Source of the DNA: a virus | Taxonomy: Duplodnaviria > Caudoviricetes | Direction: 5' to 3' (one strand) | DNA: 61,276 bases | Virus record (IMG/VR): IMGVR_UViG_3300033067_002048 | Location: 1 to 61,276 of that record | Shown here: positions 58,517 through 61,276 of the stretch, one piece after another | How positions within the stretch are numbered: the stretch's first letter is position 1 | How the letters are laid out: the number at the start of each line of letters is the position of its first letter | The notes under the pieces: model-generated | The model's input: the letters and a program-made list of their open reading frames with translations, nothing else | The model's database searches: none | What the model was told of the DNA's origin: nothing | Made by a program: the position numbers and the translations under genes

Positions 58517-59491
58517 ATGGGTGACATTGAACCGAAAGCGTTTCTAGCCGTAGGGAAAGGCCGCATATGCATCGTGAAGGGGGCACCCTCCTTCGCTGAG
58601 CTTCTACGCGGCACGCCCTTCGTAGGAGGAGACGCCAAGCTCCTTGAGCAAGAGGTGCTCAAGCCGCTCGGGCTCACACGCGCTGATGTGGTGCTTGCGT
58701 GGTGTGACCCGCTCCACGACGGCGAGAAGGCCATGCAAACTTTCGTGGAAAAGTGCAACTTCGATGTGCTCGTCTCGATGAGCGAGGCCACAGGCTTCGC
58801 CAAGGACAAGCGCTCATGGAACCTTCCGACCACAGAAGAGCTGCGCGCCGAGCAAGGCAAATTCTCAGTAGAGCTAGCGCGTAAATTGAACGCCATACGA
58901 AAGAGACTTGACGCTACGGCCCATCGTGCGGCACATTCAGTGCACCTCGTCTCAAAGGGCGCAAAGCCGACCGGCGACGGAACGATAACCGCACCAGTCT
59001 ACAAGGCGAACGCTCAGAAACAAATCATCTATGCCGTGGTGCTCGACCCTTACCAGGTGGACACTCAAGACGATTGGTGTCCGCCAAAGGACATCGAGGA
59101 CACCGCGCACGCGTTCGTCAAAGCCTCTCGGGTCATGGACCTCCAGCATGAAGTTGTCGTGGATGACGCCTTCGTGGTGGAGAGCTTCGTAGAACCCTAC
59201 CCGAGTGAGAGTGACCGGGAGAAAGCGTTCAACAACGAACCGCACCGCGCTTATGCGCGCATGTACGGCTCGGACCGCATCCACTCCGGCGCTTGGATTC
59301 TTGGCGTCCAACTTTCGGACCGGCTGTGGGCCATGTATGAAAATGGAGACATTGGCGCATTCTCCATCGGCGGCTTCGGACGTAGGTCCGAGGCGACCGC
59401 AGAGGATATGCCGGAAGTGACGTTTGTTGAAATCGGAGAGGTCGGGCGTGCAACAGTCGGGAGGACGGATACGTCGGTTGACCAACGTTGA
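58517..59491 (+). CDS. XkdF-like prohead serine protease with an N-terminal UDG-like segment
   Basis: C-terminal YAVVL.P..VD.Q.D......IE..AH.F...H...VVESF...GAW..GV...W......I..FSIGG; N-terminal AP...E...G.PFVG....LL. Confidence 0.75.
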   Translation: MGDIEPKAFLAVGKGRICIVKGAPSFAELLRGTPFVGGDAKLLEQEVLKPLGLTRADVVLAWCDPLHDGEKAMQTFVEKCNFDVLVSMSEATGFAKDKRSWNLPTTEELRAEQGKFSVELARKLNAIRKRLDATAHRAAHSVHLVSKGAKPTGDGTITAPVYKANAQKQIIYAVVLDPYQVDTQDDWCPPKDIEDTAHAFVKASRVMDLQHEVVVDDAFVVESFVEPYPSESDREKAFNNEPHRAYARMYGSDRIHSGAWILGVQLSDRLWAMYENGDIGAFSIGGFGRRSEATAEDMPEVTFVEIGEVGRATVGRTDTSVDQR

Positions 59492-60476
59492 GACTCTCAG
59501 CGTCGCGCTCGTCACGCGCGGTGCCAACAAAAAGCGCGTCGCTCTCACCAAATCCCAAGGAGACGGCGTGACCACCACTGAATTGCTCGCTCAGATTATC
59601 CAAAAGGGCGACATGCCCATGAGCGATGAAGAAGTAGACAAGCTTTGCCAAGAAGGCGGCGTGGACGCGCAAGGCGCGGAGACGTTCAAGGCGATGCTCA
59701 AGCTTGGGCAATCTTTCTCGGACAACGAGGCTTTTGGAAAGCTCGTCAAAGAGAAGCTCCCGAGCTTGCTCGGACTCGCTGACAAAACGACCACCGCAGC
59801 CCCGGTGAAGCCAGCCGAAGGCGGGGAAGAGCCGAAGAAGCCAAACCCGCAAGCGCAAGAAACCCAAACCGAAGAGCCGGCAAAGCCGGCCGAGGAGCCC
59901 GAAGTGACCACGAAGACCGATGACGTGAAGAAGATGGACGACATGAAGGTGGCCTTGGAGAAGGCGGAGAAGAACGCCGCGGACGCGACGGCCAAGCTCG
60001 GCGCGCTCGAAGAGGTCACGAAGACCCAGGCCGAGACCCTCAAGAAGATGCAGGAAGACCTCGGCAAAGAGCGCGATGAGCGCAACCTCGCCGAGTGGGT
60101 GACCAAGTCCGAGAAGGACTTGGCGTTCATCCCGAACAAGACCGCCAAGGAGCTGGGCGAGAGCTTCCACAAGCTGGAGAAGGCGGCCGGCAAGGAAGTG
60201 GCACAATCGCACTTCGATATGCAGAAGTCCGCGAGCGAAGCGCTCAGCAAGTCCGACCTCTTCAAGCCGTCCGGCGCCGCGGTGCGCGGCTCGGCGGCGG
60301 TCGGCGCTTATGCCAAGCTCGAAGAGAAGGCCGCGGCCCTCATCGAGAAGGCTGACACCGGCAAGTCGGAAGCGGTCCGCAAGGCCGCGGCGATGGCCAA
60401 GGCCATCGAGTTGCACCCGGACCTCTATAAGGCGTATCTCGATGAGAACGCCGCGCAGACCGGCAAGCGCGCCTAA
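59448..60476 (+). CDS. Capsid scaffolding protein
   Basis: Lys/Glu/Ala-rich coiled coil ending HPDLY..Y; between protease and decoration/capsid genes. Confidence 0.7.
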   Translation: MQQSGGRIRRLTNVETLSVALVTRGANKKRVALTKSQGDGVTTTELLAQIIQKGDMPMSDEEVDKLCQEGGVDAQGAETFKAMLKLGQSFSDNEAFGKLVKEKLPSLLGLADKTTTAAPVKPAEGGEEPKKPNPQAQETQTEEPAKPAEEPEVTTKTDDVKKMDDMKVALEKAEKNAADATAKLGALEEVTKTQAETLKKMQEDLGKERDERNLAEWVTKSEKDLAFIPNKTAKELGESFHKLEKAAGKEVAQSHFDMQKSASEALSKSDLFKPSGAAVRGSAAVGAYAKLEEKAAALIEKADTGKSEAVRKAAAMAKAIELHPDLYKAYLDENAAQTGKRA

Positions 60477-60658
60477 GCGCACTCGCGGCGTATGCCGCAC
60501 CACGGTTCGCGCACGCGGGCCGAGACGAACGGGCATCTAGCCCGCCCCGGCGCAGCCGGACCCACACCGAAATCAACGTCAAGAAACTAGCCGGCGCTCG
60601 CTCAGCGCACGCCGGCCCAAACTTTAGGACCGAGAGGTCCATGTAAGGAGATTTGCAC

Positions 60659-61051
60659 ATGGCTTACGAAGGAGCATTGAACAAGTTGCCCGGCATCGAG
60701 AGCGGCGCGCTCGCGCTCTCCGCTTCGCAATTCCAATTCGTCCAACTCAACTCGTCCGGTCAGGCCATCTTGGCCGCGACCGCGGGTCAGATGGGTGTCA
60801 TTGGCGTCTTGCAAGACAAGCCCGCCGCGGTCGGTCAGCCGGCGAGCATCGCGCACGCGGGCGTGACCAAAATCGTGACCGGCTCCGCCATCACGGCGGG
60901 CGGTAAGGTCATCACGGACGCAAGCGGCAAGGCCATCAGCGCCGCGGCGACCTCGGTCCAAGCCGTGCTCGGTCGCGCGCTCGAATCCGCTACGGCGGCC
61001 GGCGCGACCATCGCGATGATTTTCCAGCGCGAAGGAACCAACGACCTCTAA
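60659..61051 (+). CDS. Capsid decoration/cement protein (DUF2190-like)
   Basis: FV.L...G.......G...IGV.Q.......G.T....G.AI.AG..V..DA.GKA.....G.ALE.A. Confidence 0.8.
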   Translation: MAYEGALNKLPGIESGALALSASQFQFVQLNSSGQAILAATAGQMGVIGVLQDKPAAVGQPASIAHAGVTKIVTGSAITAGGKVITDASGKAISAAATSVQAVLGRALESATAAGATIAMIFQREGTNDL

Positions 61052-61118
61052 CCAGGGTCGCAACCGCAAACAAACACGCGGCGCAAAGCGACCGCAAAAA
61101 CGAAAGGAAGGTTAGAGT

Positions 61119-61276
61119 ATGCCGCAACCCACTTTGAGCGATGTCCACGTCAACCGACCGTTGACGGACATGTCCTTCGCCTACGCGGCGGAGGTGGAAA
61201 CCGTGGCGGACAAGATGTTCCCGGTCATCCCGCACATGAGCAAATCGGATTCGTTCTACACGTATCCGAAGGGCAA
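61119..61276 (+). CDS. Major capsid protein, N-terminal part (3' truncated)
   Basis: MPQPTLSDVHVNRPLTDMSFAY...ADKMFPVIP...SDSFYTYPKG runs off the end of the window. Confidence 0.85.
   Translation, partial: MPQPTLSDVHVNRPLTDMSFAYAAEVETVADKMFPVIPHMSKSDSFYTYPKG

Noticed and set aside
1-61276. Genome-wide TAG recoding
   Set aside because: TAG cleanly ends genes such as the tape measure and 6972-7574, right before the next start; core genes are uninterrupted and no suppressor tRNA was seen.

Overview
The window is a near-complete, high-GC, contractile-tailed (myovirus-type) dsDNA phage genome, opened inside the major capsid gene: the N-terminus is at 61119-61276, the C-terminus at 1-528, and the middle is missing. 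The plus strand (52970-61276, continuing at 1-22294) carries ParB-like, terminase, portal, MuF-like head, protease, scaffold, capsid, neck, DUF3383-type sheath, tube, tape measure, baseplate, fibre and lysis genes. The minus strand (22264-52726) carries primase-helicase, PD-(D/E)XK nuclease, SF2 helicase, SSB, family A polymerase, ThyX, ligase, RuvC-like resolvase, many small early genes behind repeated sigma70-like promoters, and a cluster of three glycosyltransferase genes plus a methyltransferase. I recognised no integrase, repressor, tRNA or CRISPR. Lipoprotein and spanin-like genes point to a Gram-negative host. The most notable features are: signal peptides on a Cys-rich fibre and a LamG lectin next to a lipoprotein metalloprotease, the glycosylation cluster, a perfect 47-bp inverted repeat at the strand switch, two copies of a GAGA-tetraloop RNA hairpin, a UDG-like/prohead protease fusion, a possible Acb2/Tad1-like sponge, and apparent avoidance of restriction sites. 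All family calls come from motif recognition by eye, not database searches.
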